Part shown: positions 48,834 through 58,085 of the stretch, piece by piece
Layout: every line of letters begins with the position of its first letter
Position numbering within the stretch: the first letter of the stretch is position 1
Assembly (NCBI GenBank): GCA_038230295.1
Contig: JBBRNM010000004.1
Coordinates: 2,235 to 66,234 of the forward strand
From: Candidatus Limnocylindrales bacterium
GTDB lineage: Bacteria; Chloroflexota; Limnocylindria; Limnocylindrales; CSP1-4
Length of the DNA: 64,000 bases
Direction: 5' to 3'
Notes under the pieces: generated by a model
Seen by the model: the letters and a program-made list of their open reading frames with translations, nothing else
The model's database searches: none
Told to the model about the DNA's origin: nothing
Position numbers and translations under genes: made by a program

Positions 48834-49893
48834 GATCGACTGGATCGGCGGGCGCCGGGGTCTCGAGGACAAGCTCGTCCGGGAGGCGGGCTTCCCGCTG
48901 CGCCGGCTCGCCCTGCGGTCGCTGCGCTCGGTCGATCGGGACGTCCATCTCGTCCTCGACCCGCTGCGCCTGACGCTCTCCGTCCCCCAGGCGGCCGCGC
49001 TGCTCGCCGCCCACCGGCCTGCCGCCATCTTCACGACGGGCGGCTACCTCGCGATTCCGGTGATGCTGGCGGCTCGTCCCCTCGGCATCCCGGTCCTGCT
49101 CTGGGAGGGCAACGTGATCCCGGGCCGGAGCGTCCGCGCGACCGCGCGGCTCGCCGCCGCTGTAGGGGTGTCCTTCGCGGCCACCTGCGCGGCCCTCCGC
49201 GCTGCCCATTGCTACGAGACCGGTACCCCGATCCGCGAGCTCGGTTCGGTTGACCGGCTTGCCGCCCGCGAGCAGCTCGGCATCCCCGCCGAGGCCCGGG
49301 TGATCCTCGTCTTCGGCGGCTCGCAGGCGGCCGCGCGGCTCAACAGCGCCGTCATCGAGGTGCTGTCGGCGCTCACGGAGCGGTGGTTCGTGATCCACCT
49401 GACCGGCGACGCCGGGTACGCCGAAGCCCTCGCTTCGCGCCAGCGACTGCCTGACGCCATCCGAGCCCGCTATCGCCCGGAACCATTCCTGCGCGAGGGC
49501 ATGGTCACGGCCCTTGCGGCCGCCGACCTCGTGATCGGGCGGGCCGGCTCGTCGACGCTGGCCGAGGTCACCGCCTTCGGGCTGCCGATGGTCGTCGTGC
49601 CGTATCGCTTCGCGGGCGGCCACCAACACGCGAACGCCGAGGCCGTGGCAGCGGCCGGTGCCGCCCGGATCGTCGAGGACGAGGCGTTCGACGGCCCCGC
49701 GCTCCTCGCTGCCGCGACGCTCATCGACGATCCGGGGACGTACGCCGGGATGGCGACGGCCGCTCGGAGCCTCGGCCGTCCAGGTGCGGCCGACGCCGTC
49801 GCGGAGCTGCTCCTCGCGCTCGCGAAGCGGTCGCCGCTGCCCAGCCCCGACGCCATCGCGGCGATCTCCCGAGATCGGGTCGCACTCGCGTGA
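48739..49893 (+). CDS. murG: UDP-N-acetylglucosamine--N-acetylmuramyl-(pentapeptide) pyrophosphoryl-undecaprenol N-acetylglucosamine transferase
   Basis: From ATG 48739: MRLLIAGGGTGGHIYPALAVA...GRAGSSTLAEV. Confidence 0.9.
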   Translation: MRLLIAGGGTGGHIYPALAVASSLRRRVLAPEIDWIGGRRGLEDKLVREAGFPLRRLALRSLRSVDRDVHLVLDPLRLTLSVPQAAALLAAHRPAAIFTTGGYLAIPVMLAARPLGIPVLLWEGNVIPGRSVRATARLAAAVGVSFAATCAALRAAHCYETGTPIRELGSVDRLAAREQLGIPAEARVILVFGGSQAAARLNSAVIEVLSALTERWFVIHLTGDAGYAEALASRQRLPDAIRARYRPEPFLREGMVTALAAADLVIGRAGSSTLAEVTAFGLPMVVVPYRFAGGHQHANAEAVAAAGAARIVEDEAFDGPALLAAATLIDDPGTYAGMATAARSLGRPGAADAVAELLLALAKRSPLPSPDAIAAISRDRVALA

Positions 49894-50882
49894 GCACTGA
49901 ATCGCCGGACTTCGATGCGCTCCGAATCGCCGGCGACATTGCCCGCCGCGTCGGTGTCAAGGCCGAGCGCGAGTCGCCACTGGCGCGGTTCACGACGATG
50001 CGCGTCGGCGGGCGTGCCGACCTCCTGGCGACGGCCCACAACGCGTTCGAGCTCCGGGCCCTCGTCCGCTTCGCCCGGACCCGCGAGCTGCCGCTGTTCC
50101 TGCTCGGCCGGGGGAGCGACATCGTGATCTCGGATCGCGGCATCCGCGGTCTTGTCGTCCATGTGAAGGCCGAGGGCAGCCGGGTCGAGGACGACCGCTA
50201 CACCGCCGAGGCGGGGGTCGCGATGGCGCGGGCCGCCACCGAGACGCAGCGGGCCGGACTGTCGGGGCTCGAGTTCGGGCTCGCGATCCCGGGCACCGTT
50301 GGCGGCTCCGTCTGGGCGAACGCCGGGGCGCATGGAGCCGACATCGCCTCGGTGATCCAGAGCGCCGACGTCCTGCTCGGCGATGGCACGGAGGCGCGGA
50401 TCGCGGTCGGCGATCTCGGCTTCGCCTACCGCGACAGCCGGTTCAAGCACTCGGCCGCCGACGGCTCCGCCGAGATCGTCATCGCCGCGACGTTCCGCCT
50501 CGAAGCGGCGCCCGCCGACACGATCAAGGAGCGGCTCGACGACATCCGACACTGGCGGCAGGCCCATCAGCCGCTCGGGATCCCGTCCGCGGGGAGCGCG
50601 TTTCGGAACCCCGCGGCGGGGCCGTCGGCGGGTGAGCTCATCGACCGGGCCGGGCTGAAGGGCCTCCGGGTCGGGGGCGCCAGCGTCTCAGAGAAGCACG
50701 CGAACTTCATCATCAACGACGGCCGCGGCACGGCTGCCGACGTCCGCCGCCTGCTGGACCGAGTCCGTGCCACCATCCTCGAGCGCGACGGCGTCGGCCT
50801 CGAGCCCGAGATCGTGTTCGTCGGCGACTGGTCGGGCTGGCCCTGGCCGGCCGAAGACGGGGAAGGGGAGGTCGGTCCGTGA
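49890..50882 (+). CDS. murB: UDP-N-acetylenolpyruvoylglucosamine reductase
   Basis: TTMRVGGRADLL...LLGRGSDIVISD...PSAGSAFRNP...GGASVSEKHANFIIN. GTGA overlap with murG. Confidence 0.9.
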   Translation: MSTESPDFDALRIAGDIARRVGVKAERESPLARFTTMRVGGRADLLATAHNAFELRALVRFARTRELPLFLLGRGSDIVISDRGIRGLVVHVKAEGSRVEDDRYTAEAGVAMARAATETQRAGLSGLEFGLAIPGTVGGSVWANAGAHGADIASVIQSADVLLGDGTEARIAVGDLGFAYRDSRFKHSAADGSAEIVIAATFRLEAAPADTIKERLDDIRHWRQAHQPLGIPSAGSAFRNPAAGPSAGELIDRAGLKGLRVGGASVSEKHANFIINDGRGTAADVRRLLDRVRATILERDGVGLEPEIVFVGDWSGWPWPAEDGEGEVGP

Positions 50883-52003
50883 CGAGCGATCGCTCAGCCT
50901 ACCCGCCGATCGTCGTGCTCCTCGGTGGCCCGTCGGTCGAGCACGATGTCTCGATCGTCTCCGGAACCGCGATCGCCGACGCCCTCCTCGGTGCCTCTGT
51001 GGATGTTCGCCAGGTCCTGATCGACCTCGAGAGCCGCTGGTGGTGGCTCCCGGCAGATCATCGCCGCGACGGTCGGCCGCAATCGGCGTACGACGATCCG
51101 GTCGCCCTCGGCGGGGACGGGCCGTACCAGACCGGGGCGGCCCTGGACGCCCTCGCGGCGCTCGAGCCGGCACCGGTCGTCTTCATCGCCCTCCACGGGC
51201 CGTTCGGCGAGGACGGCACCGTCCAGGCCCTGCTCGACGCCGCCGGGCTCGCGTATACGGGCTCCGGGGTGCTCGGGTCGGCCGTGGGCATGGACAAGGT
51301 CGTCCAGAAGCGGCTCTGGCGGGGCCTCGGCCTGCCCGTGATCGACTGGCGAGAGATTCGGGCGAGCCAGTGGCGGGCGAGTCCCGAACTGGTCCTCGGC
51401 GAGCTCGACGCCTTCTCGGGCGGTGAGGACCCGCGGCTCATGGTCAAGCCGGCGCGGCTCGGCTCGTCGGTCGGGATGACGCTCGCGCACACCGCGGCCG
51501 AGCGGACACCGGCCCTGGACCTCGCGTTCCAGTACGACACGGTGGCCGTGGTCGAACGCTACCTCGCCGATGCCCGGGACCTCGAGATCTCCGTCATCGG
51601 CAACGAGCCGCCGCTCGGCATCTACGGCCCCGGCGAGATCGTCGCCGGTCACGAGTTCTACGACTACGCCGCGAAGTACACACCCGGCCTGTCCGAGACC
51701 TCCACGCATGCCGACGTGCCCGCGTCGATGCGGCTGACGATGCAGAAGCTCGCCCGCGACGCCTACCGCTCGGTCGGCGCCGAGGGCTTTGCCCGGGTCG
51801 ACTTCCTCGTCCGCGACGAGGCGATCTACCTGTCAGAGATCAACACGATCCCGGGGTTCACGCCGATCAGCCTCTTTCCGACGCTGCCCGCCGAGGCCGA
51901 CCTCGACTTCCGGGCGGTCTGCCTTCGGGTCATCGATCTCGCGATCGAGCGCCACGCCGCGCGGCCCGTGACCCGGTTTCGACCCGAAGACCTGCCGAGG
52001 TGA
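50879..52003 (+). CDS. ddl: D-alanine--D-alanine ligase
   Basis: FIALHGPFGEDGTVQALLD...KPARLGSSVGM...YLSEINTIPGFT. GTGA overlap with murB. Confidence 0.95.
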   Translation: MTSDRSAYPPIVVLLGGPSVEHDVSIVSGTAIADALLGASVDVRQVLIDLESRWWWLPADHRRDGRPQSAYDDPVALGGDGPYQTGAALDALAALEPAPVVFIALHGPFGEDGTVQALLDAAGLAYTGSGVLGSAVGMDKVVQKRLWRGLGLPVIDWREIRASQWRASPELVLGELDAFSGGEDPRLMVKPARLGSSVGMTLAHTAAERTPALDLAFQYDTVAVVERYLADARDLEISVIGNEPPLGIYGPGEIVAGHEFYDYAAKYTPGLSETSTHADVPASMRLTMQKLARDAYRSVGAEGFARVDFLVRDEAIYLSEINTIPGFTPISLFPTLPAEADLDFRAVCLRVIDLAIERHAARPVTRFRPEDLPR

Positions 52004-52842
52004 CGGGCCGGCGCGCTCGTCGGTCGCGGGCATCCGGGACGCGACGGGCGCGTGCCGCGGGGCGGCTCGGGGGCCGCGCGCGGCTGATCAGCCCGGCCCG
52101 GGCCGCAGGGCTGCTCGGGATGCTCGTGGCCGGCGTGGCCCTCAAGCTCCTCACGGGAGCGGCAACGTTCGGCCTGACCGAGATCGACAAGCCCACGCTG
52201 CAGTGGACCGCGGCGGACACCATCCTCGCGAATGTCCAGGTTCCGCAGGGCACGAATCTCTTCCAGATCGAGACCGGCCCGATCGAGGCTCGCCTCGCGG
52301 CCCTGCCGGCGGTCGCCGCGGCGTATGTCACGGTCTCCCTGCCGCACGCCATCACGATCACGATCCGGGAGCGAGTCCCGATCCTCATCTGGCAGGTAGG
52401 CGACAACCGCTTCCTGGCCGACAGCGGCGGCGTGCTCTTCGCGGCCGTCGACGCCGTTGGGGCCGGCGACGCCCATGTCCCGACGGTCGTCGATCGGCGG
52501 GCCGGCTCGGCGGGCCTCATCGTCGCGGGCTCGACGCTGAGCTCGGACGATCTCGACGCCGCCACCCGCCTGGCCGCGCTCGTTCCAGCCGACGTCGGCA
52601 GCGCCGCGCCGGCTCTCCATGTGTGGCTCGACGACACGGACGGCTACACGATCACCGCCGGCGCCGGGACGTGGACCGCGGTGTTCGGGTTCTACAACCC
52701 CTCGGTTCGTCCCACCGACCTGATCCCGGCCCAGGTGCGCCTCCTCCAAAGCCTCCTCTTCGACCGTGAATCGTCGGTCGCCCGGATCTACGTTGCCGGC
52801 GACAAGAGCGGGACGTATCTCCCGCGAGCGACACCGAGGTGA
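52000..52842 (+). CDS. ftsQ: Cell division protein FtsQ/DivIB (POTRA-containing)
   Basis: Basic N-terminus, one TM (LLGMLVAGVALKLL), then a POTRA-like region IEARLAALPAVAAAYVTVSLPHAITITIRERVPILIWQ. Position between ddl and ftsA supports the call. Confidence 0.8.
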   Translation: MTGRRARRSRASGTRRARAAGRLGGRARLISPARAAGLLGMLVAGVALKLLTGAATFGLTEIDKPTLQWTAADTILANVQVPQGTNLFQIETGPIEARLAALPAVAAAYVTVSLPHAITITIRERVPILIWQVGDNRFLADSGGVLFAAVDAVGAGDAHVPTVVDRRAGSAGLIVAGSTLSSDDLDAATRLAALVPADVGSAAPALHVWLDDTDGYTITAGAGTWTAVFGFYNPSVRPTDLIPAQVRLLQSLLFDRESSVARIYVAGDKSGTYLPRATPR

Positions 52843-52938
52843 GCGTGGGCCACGAGCGAATCGCGTCGGCCAGGGCTACCTCGCGCCTACCGACTGGGCT
52901 ACCCTGTGCGCAAACGCACCGCAGCGAGGACGGGAAAC

Positions 52939-53262
52939 GTGTTCCTCCCCCTGGCAGGCCTGCTGGTGGGCGTCCTGCTCGGGCTTGTCCTCAACGTCAA
53001 CGTCAGCTTCGAGTTCAGCCGCTATTCGGCCGTGGCGATCCTCGCCGCGCTCGATTCGGTCCTCGGGGCGGTGCGGGCCGAGCTCGACGGCGTCTACGAC
53101 AACCGGATCTTCATCTCTGGGTTCGTGACCAACGCGATCGTGGCGGTGATCCTGACCTTCATCGGGGATCGGCTCAGCCTGGACCTGTACCTCGTCGCGC
53201 TCATCAACTTCGGGTTCCGGATCTTCAACAATGTCGCCCTGATCCGGCGGCACTTCATTTGA
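52939..53262 (+). CDS. sbp: Small basic protein Sbp (DUF1290)
   Basis: From GTG 52939: VFLPLAGLLVGVLLGLVLNV...YSAVAILAALDSVLGAVRAELDG...FVTNAIVAVILTFIG...FRIFNNVALIRRHFI. Same position as sbp in Firmicutes (between divIB and ftsA). Confidence 0.8.
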   Translation: MFLPLAGLLVGVLLGLVLNVNVSFEFSRYSAVAILAALDSVLGAVRAELDGVYDNRIFISGFVTNAIVAVILTFIGDRLSLDLYLVALINFGFRIFNNVALIRRHFI

Positions 53263-53269
53263 GGGCATC

Positions 53270-54499
53270 GTGGTAGAAGGCGTACTCGTCGGCATCGACG
53301 TCGGCACGAGCAAGGTCTGCGCGCTGATCGGTGAGATCGGCCGCGACGGCAAGTTGACCGTGATCGGTCACGGCACGGTGCCGGCCTCGGGCCTGAAGAA
53401 GGGCGCCGTCGTCAACATCGACCAGACGGTCCGGTCGATCCGGGACGCGGTCGAGCGGGCCGAGCGCCTGTCCGGCTGGAAGATCGACAAGGCCTTCGTC
53501 GGCGTCGGCGGCTCGCAGATCGAAAGCCTGAACTCGACCGGCCAGGTCGCCGTGTCGTCACACACCCGGGAGGTTTCCCGCGAGGACATCCGGCGGGCGA
53601 TCGAGGTGGCTCGGGCCGTCGCGATCCCGCCGAACCGAGACGTCCTCCACGTCGAGCGGCGAGGCTTCATCGTCGACGGCCAGGAGGGCATCAAGGACCC
53701 GCTCGGCATGAGTGCGCTCCGGCTCGAGGTCGAGACGCACATCGTCACGGCACCCCAGACCGCGGTCCAGAACCTGATGAAGTGCGTCGCCCAGGCCGGG
53801 GTCAAGATCGACGAGCTGGTCGTGAACGCCCTCGCGTCCGCGGAGGCCGTTGCAAACGAAACGGAGCGGGAGCTCGGCGTCGCGGTGGCGGACATCGGGG
53901 CCGGCACGATCGACCTCGCGATGTTCAACGAGGGCTCGCCCTTCCACACGAGCGTGCTGCCGGTCGGTGCCAACTTCGTGACGAACGACATCGCGATCGG
54001 CATCAAGACCTCGTTGCCGGTCGCCGAGGAGCTGAAGATCCAGCACGGGACGTGCGACCTCAAGGTCGTCGCCGACGACGAGGAGATCGCGGTCTCGGTC
54101 CTGGGTGAGGACGCCGGGCGGACAGTGAGCCGGCTCGAGGTCTGCCAGATCATCGAAGCCCGGATGCGCGAGACGCTCGAGCTCCTCGCAGGCGAGATGC
54201 GGTCGGCTGGCGCCGGGATGCTCCCGGCCGGCATCATCCTGACCGGTGGCGGCGCCCAGCTCGCGGGTCTGGCCGAGCTGGGCCGGGAGGTCCTCGGGAT
54301 GCCGGTCCGGGTCGTCGCTCCGTCGGGCGTCGCGGGCCTGACCGACTCGATCCTCACGCCCGCCTATTCGACGGCCATCGGCCTGCTCCAGTGGGGCTCG
54401 ACGATGCTCGACGAGGGCGAGTCGACGCGCTACGAGTCGGCCCCGGCAGCCGGCCTGCTCGGCCGGCTGCGGGATGCGATCCGGAGCATTTTCCCCTAG
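53270..54499 (+). CDS. ftsA: Cell division protein FtsA
   Basis: VGIDVGTSKVCALIGE...VADIGAGTIDLAMF...GIILTGGGAQLAGL. Confidence 0.95.
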   Translation: MVEGVLVGIDVGTSKVCALIGEIGRDGKLTVIGHGTVPASGLKKGAVVNIDQTVRSIRDAVERAERLSGWKIDKAFVGVGGSQIESLNSTGQVAVSSHTREVSREDIRRAIEVARAVAIPPNRDVLHVERRGFIVDGQEGIKDPLGMSALRLEVETHIVTAPQTAVQNLMKCVAQAGVKIDELVVNALASAEAVANETERELGVAVADIGAGTIDLAMFNEGSPFHTSVLPVGANFVTNDIAIGIKTSLPVAEELKIQHGTCDLKVVADDEEIAVSVLGEDAGRTVSRLEVCQIIEARMRETLELLAGEMRSAGAGMLPAGIILTGGGAQLAGLAELGREVLGMPVRVVAPSGVAGLTDSILTPAYSTAIGLLQWGSTMLDEGESTRYESAPAAGLLGRLRDAIRSIFP

Positions 54500-54646
54500 G
54501 AATTCCGTCGATTCGGTGAGCCGCCGGGCAGGGCCCGGTGATAGACTCCGGCGCAACCTGCGGAGGCTCGTCCGGCGAGCGAGGCATCGCGTGGGCCCTG
54601 ACCTCAGCCCCCAGACTGCGGCCCGCGGGCCGTTGGAGGAGTACCG

Positions 54647-55867
54647 ATGGCGTTGCGTTCCGATTCCGAGAACTTCGCGCTCATTCGCGTCATCGGAGTC
54701 GGCGGGGGAGGGAGCAACGCGGTCAACCGCATGATCCGGGCGGAGATGATGGGCGTCGAGTTCATCGCCCTCAATACCGACGCCCAGGCCCTCCTCCAGT
54801 CGGATGCGCCCCACAAGATCCGCATCGGCGACAAGATCACCCGCGGCCTCGGCGCCGGTGGCGATCCCTCGATCGGGGAGCGTGCCGCGGAGGAGGACAC
54901 GGAGAAGATTGCCCAGGCCCTCGAGGGCTCGGACATGGTCTTCATCACCTCGGGGCTCGGCGGCGGGACCGGGTCTGGGGCGTCGCCGGTCGTCGCGGAG
55001 ATCGCGAAGGAGGCCGGGGCCCTGACGATCGGCGTCGTCACGAAGCCCTTCAGCTTCGAGGGGGCAAAGCGGAAGCTGACCGCCGAGAAGGCGGCCGAGG
55101 CGCTGAAGGCGAAGGTCGACACGCTCATCACCATCCCGAACGATCGCCTCCGCGACGTCGTCCAGAAGAACACGTCGATCCTCGATGCCTTCCGGGTCGT
55201 CGACGACGTGCTGCGCCAGGGCGTCCAGGGGATCAGCGACATCATCACCGTCCCGGGCCTCATCAACCTGGACTTCGCGGACGTCCGCGCGATCATGAAG
55301 GACGCCGGCTCGGCGCTCATGGGGATCGGCCGCGCGTCGGGCGAGAATCGCGCGATCGAGGCGGCCCGCCAGGCCATCGCCAGCCCGCTCCTCGAGGTCA
55401 ACATCTCGGGCGCCCAGGGCATCCTCTTCAACGTGAGCGGCTCCTCGAGCCTGTCGCTCTTCGAGGTGACCGAGGCCGCCGAGGAGATCCGTGCCGCCGC
55501 CGATTCCGAGGCCAACATCATCTTCGGGACGAGCTTCAACGAGCGCCTCGGCGACGAGGTCCAGATCACGGTCATCGCGACGGGCTTCGACGGCCGCCGC
55601 CACACGGCATCGAGCCGGGCGGGCGCGGCCGCGGGCTCCGGGACCGAGGCCGGAGCGAGCCGGCCCCAGCGTGACTTCCTCGAGGAGCTCGAGCGCCAGC
55701 GGAGCCAGATGACGGACGCCGGCGTCCCCGACGCGCCGACGGCACGCACCGAAGAGACTGGCAATGGCCACGCGCCGCGGTCGGTCGGCGAGCCGGTGCC
55801 GGTCAAGAAGCCGGCGTACGACGCCGACGACCTCGAGATCCCGAGCTTCCTCCGTCGCGGCCGCTAG
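54647..55867 (+). CDS. ftsZ: Cell division GTPase FtsZ
   Basis: [15 protein letters not shown]...[20 protein letters not shown]...C-terminal [13 protein letters not shown]. Confidence 0.97.
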   Translation: MALRSDSENFALIRVIGVGGGGSNAVNRMIRAEMMGVEFIALNTDAQALLQSDAPHKIRIGDKITRGLGAGGDPSIGERAAEEDTEKIAQALEGSDMVFITSGLGGGTGSGASPVVAEIAKEAGALTIGVVTKPFSFEGAKRKLTAEKAAEALKAKVDTLITIPNDRLRDVVQKNTSILDAFRVVDDVLRQGVQGISDIITVPGLINLDFADVRAIMKDAGSALMGIGRASGENRAIEAARQAIASPLLEVNISGAQGILFNVSGSSSLSLFEVTEAAEEIRAAADSEANIIFGTSFNERLGDEVQITVIATGFDGRRHTASSRAGAAAGSGTEAGASRPQRDFLEELERQRSQMTDAGVPDAPTARTEETGNGHAPRSVGEPVPVKKPAYDADDLEIPSFLRRGR

Positions 55868-55886
55868 CTCAGACTCCGCCCCGTCG

Positions 55887-56564
55887 ATCGAGGCGGCCAA
55901 CGCCGCCGTCCAGTCGCGGATCGAAGCCGCTGCCCGTCGGGTCGGTCGTGATCCGAGCGAGGTCACCATCGTCGCCGTCACGAAGACCGTCCGGCCGGAG
56001 CGGATTCGCGAGGCCGTCGCCGCAGGTCTGACGACGCTCGGCGAGAACCGGGTCCAGGAGGCCGCCGAGAAGCGGCCGCTCGTGTCCGGGGCGCAGTGGC
56101 ATCTGGTCGGCCCCCTTCAGTCGAACAAGGTCCGGCGGGCCCTCGAGACATTCGATGCGATCGAGTCCGTCGACTCGCTCGACCTCGCCCGGCGGCTGTC
56201 CCGGGTCGCTGCCGAGCTCCGCCCGGGCCAGGTCGTCCCGACCCTGTTGCAGGTGAACGTCGACGCCGATCCCGCGAAGGCCGGGTTCCAGCCGGCCGAT
56301 CTCGAACGCGACCTGCGCGAGATCCTCGCGCTACCGGCGCTCCGCATCGACGGCCTCATGACGATCGGGCGCCAGGTCAGCGAACCGGCGGCGGCACGCT
56401 CGACCTTCGCGGGGCTCCGACGCCTGGCGGCTCGCCTTCGCGAGGTGAACCCGCTGCTCGGGCCGGCGTTGTCGATGGGAATGAGCGACGACTTCGAGGT
56501 CGCTGTCGAGGAAGGCGCGACGATCGTACGCGTCGGGCGCGCGATCTTCGGCGCGCGACCCTGA
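55887..56564 (+). CDS. yggS: YggS/YlmE-family pyridoxal-phosphate homeostasis protein
   Basis: VTIVAVTKTVRPERI...LGENRVQEAAEK...WHLVGPLQSNKV...LSMGMSDDFEVAVEEGATIVRVG. The 5' end is set provisionally at ATC 55887. The track start at ATG 55764 overlaps ftsZ by 104 nt and encodes Arg/Ser-rich filler. Confidence 0.85.
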   Translation: MEAANAAVQSRIEAAARRVGRDPSEVTIVAVTKTVRPERIREAVAAGLTTLGENRVQEAAEKRPLVSGAQWHLVGPLQSNKVRRALETFDAIESVDSLDLARRLSRVAAELRPGQVVPTLLQVNVDADPAKAGFQPADLERDLREILALPALRIDGLMTIGRQVSEPAAARSTFAGLRRLAARLREVNPLLGPALSMGMSDDFEVAVEEGATIVRVGRAIFGARP

Positions 56565-56615
56565 TTCGGGCCACGGCGACCCCGACCCCGATCGGCGCCC
56601 AGATCCGGCTCCGGA

Positions 56616-58085
56616 TCAGCCCGGCTGTGGTGGCACCTCGCCGGCTGGATCTGCCGGGCTGACGGTGACGCGCAAGAGCTGGCGGCGGAGGCCCCGCCAG
56701 CGACCGACAGCCCGCCGGTTCTCGCGCGCCGTGAGCGCCACCTCGCCGAAACGCGCGAGCGCGTAGTCGGCCGCGAGCAGCTCGAGCGACAGCCCGGCGT
56801 GGCCACGATCCCGCATGCGGTGAGCGTGCTCGGCGGGGGTCTCGGCGGGACTGCGTCGAACGGGTGCTTGCTGGTCCAGGTCGGTCACGAGCGCCCGATA
56901 GGCGGCAACCGCGTCCGCCGGCGCCCGCCGGATCAGGAGTCGTGGTCGGCGAGGGCGCCGGGGTTCGCCCTCGGCCCGCCGATCGATCGTCCTGACCTCG
57001 TCCACGTCGGTCGCGCTCGTGGCGCTCCGGCGCATCCACAGCCGGACGAGGAGCAGCACGCCGATGATCCCGACGATGGTGAGCAGGCCGCCTCCGACGA
57101 GGAACAGGCCCTGATCCGCGGTCGTCGTCGCCGCGGCGGCATCCGGCGCCCCCGTCCCGGTTCCTCCCGGCTGGCTCACGGCGCCCAGCTGCGGGCGCAG
57201 GGCGATGATCAGCCCGCCCGCGAGGAGCACGATCCCGACGAACCGGGCCCCCGATCGGGTCCAGCCAGCCACCAGGCCGATGATCAGGAGCGGCGCGAGG
57301 AGGATCGCGACGGCCAGGTCGATCGCCGTCGGGGCGACGGCCGCGGCGGGCAGCGCGAGCACGACCACGATCGCGACGAGCAGGATGAGGAGGCCGACCC
57401 ATGCCGGGTTCCGAGGCCAGTCGACCTGCGAATCCGGACCGACCGCGCTCTGCCGCGTCAGCGCCAGGGCGAGCATCGCTGCGGCGACGAAGACGAGGCT
57501 CGCGCCGAGGGCGTCGGACAGGTAGGTCGACCGCAGTGGCTCGGCGACGAGACCGCCGGCCGTGGCCGCGAACGCGATCGCGACGATGCCACCGCCGAAC
57601 AGGCGGCCCAGCGTGTCCTCATGCAGCGGCGATCGCGAATGGCTGAAGCCCCGGAGGACGGCCAGGCCCGCGAACAGGCCCCCCGGGTTCGCACCGATCG
57701 CCGCGCCGATGCCCTGCAGCCCGCCGAGGTCGACCGCGGCGCGGGCGGCGGGCGCGAGGAAGAGCCCGATCGCAGCAGCGGATGCGATCAGCCCGAGGCT
57801 CACGAGGGGCCACCGAAGCCCGAGGCGTCCGGCGACGGTCCGAGCCAGCACCACCCCGGCGAGCACGAACGCCGCGAATGTCGGCAGGGGAATCACAGGC
57901 TCGCGCAGTGCGTACTCCTGGAGGAGACCGGCGACGACGGCGATCCACGCCCCTTCGGCGACGACCGCGAGCAGCAGCGGCACCAGCATTGCCATCGCAC
58001 TGAGCAGCCCGGGCCCACAGTCGCCTCGCTCAACCGGCGATCCGGCTGCGGTGGTCGTGACATCCGCTGGGCTCGCAGCGCTCAC
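56616..58085 (-). CDS. Polytopic membrane protein with a C-terminal DUF4129-like domain
   Basis: From GTG 58085 (GTGA overlap with the DUF58 gene): about 10 hydrophobic segments, then ...ADAVAAYRALVTDLDQQ...ETPAEHAHRMRD...LELLAADYALARFG. The upstream 328 aa of track ORF 56616..59069 are rejected. Confidence 0.7.
   Translation of the reverse strand: MSAASPADVTTTAAGSPVERGDCGPGLLSAMAMLVPLLLAVVAEGAWIAVVAGLLQEYALREPVIPLPTFAAFVLAGVVLARTVAGRLGLRWPLVSLGLIASAAAIGLFLAPAARAAVDLGGLQGIGAAIGANPGGLFAGLAVLRGFSHSRSPLHEDTLGRLFGGGIVAIAFAATAGGLVAEPLRSTYLSDALGASLVFVAAAMLALALTRQSAVGPDSQVDWPRNPAWVGLLILLVAIVVVLALPAAAVAPTAIDLAVAILLAPLLIIGLVAGWTRSGARFVGIVLLAGGLIIALRPQLGAVSQPGGTGTGAPDAAAATTTADQGLFLVGGGLLTIVGIIGVLLLVRLWMRRSATSATDVDEVRTIDRRAEGEPRRPRRPRLLIRRAPADAVAAYRALVTDLDQQAPVRRSPAETPAEHAHRMRDRGHAGLSLELLAADYALARFGEVALTARENRRAVGRWRGLRRQLLRVTVSPADPAGEVPPQPG

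Noticed and set aside
53558-55981. 807-aa minus-strand ORF
   Set aside because: It is antisense to ftsA and ftsZ and is a shadow ORF.
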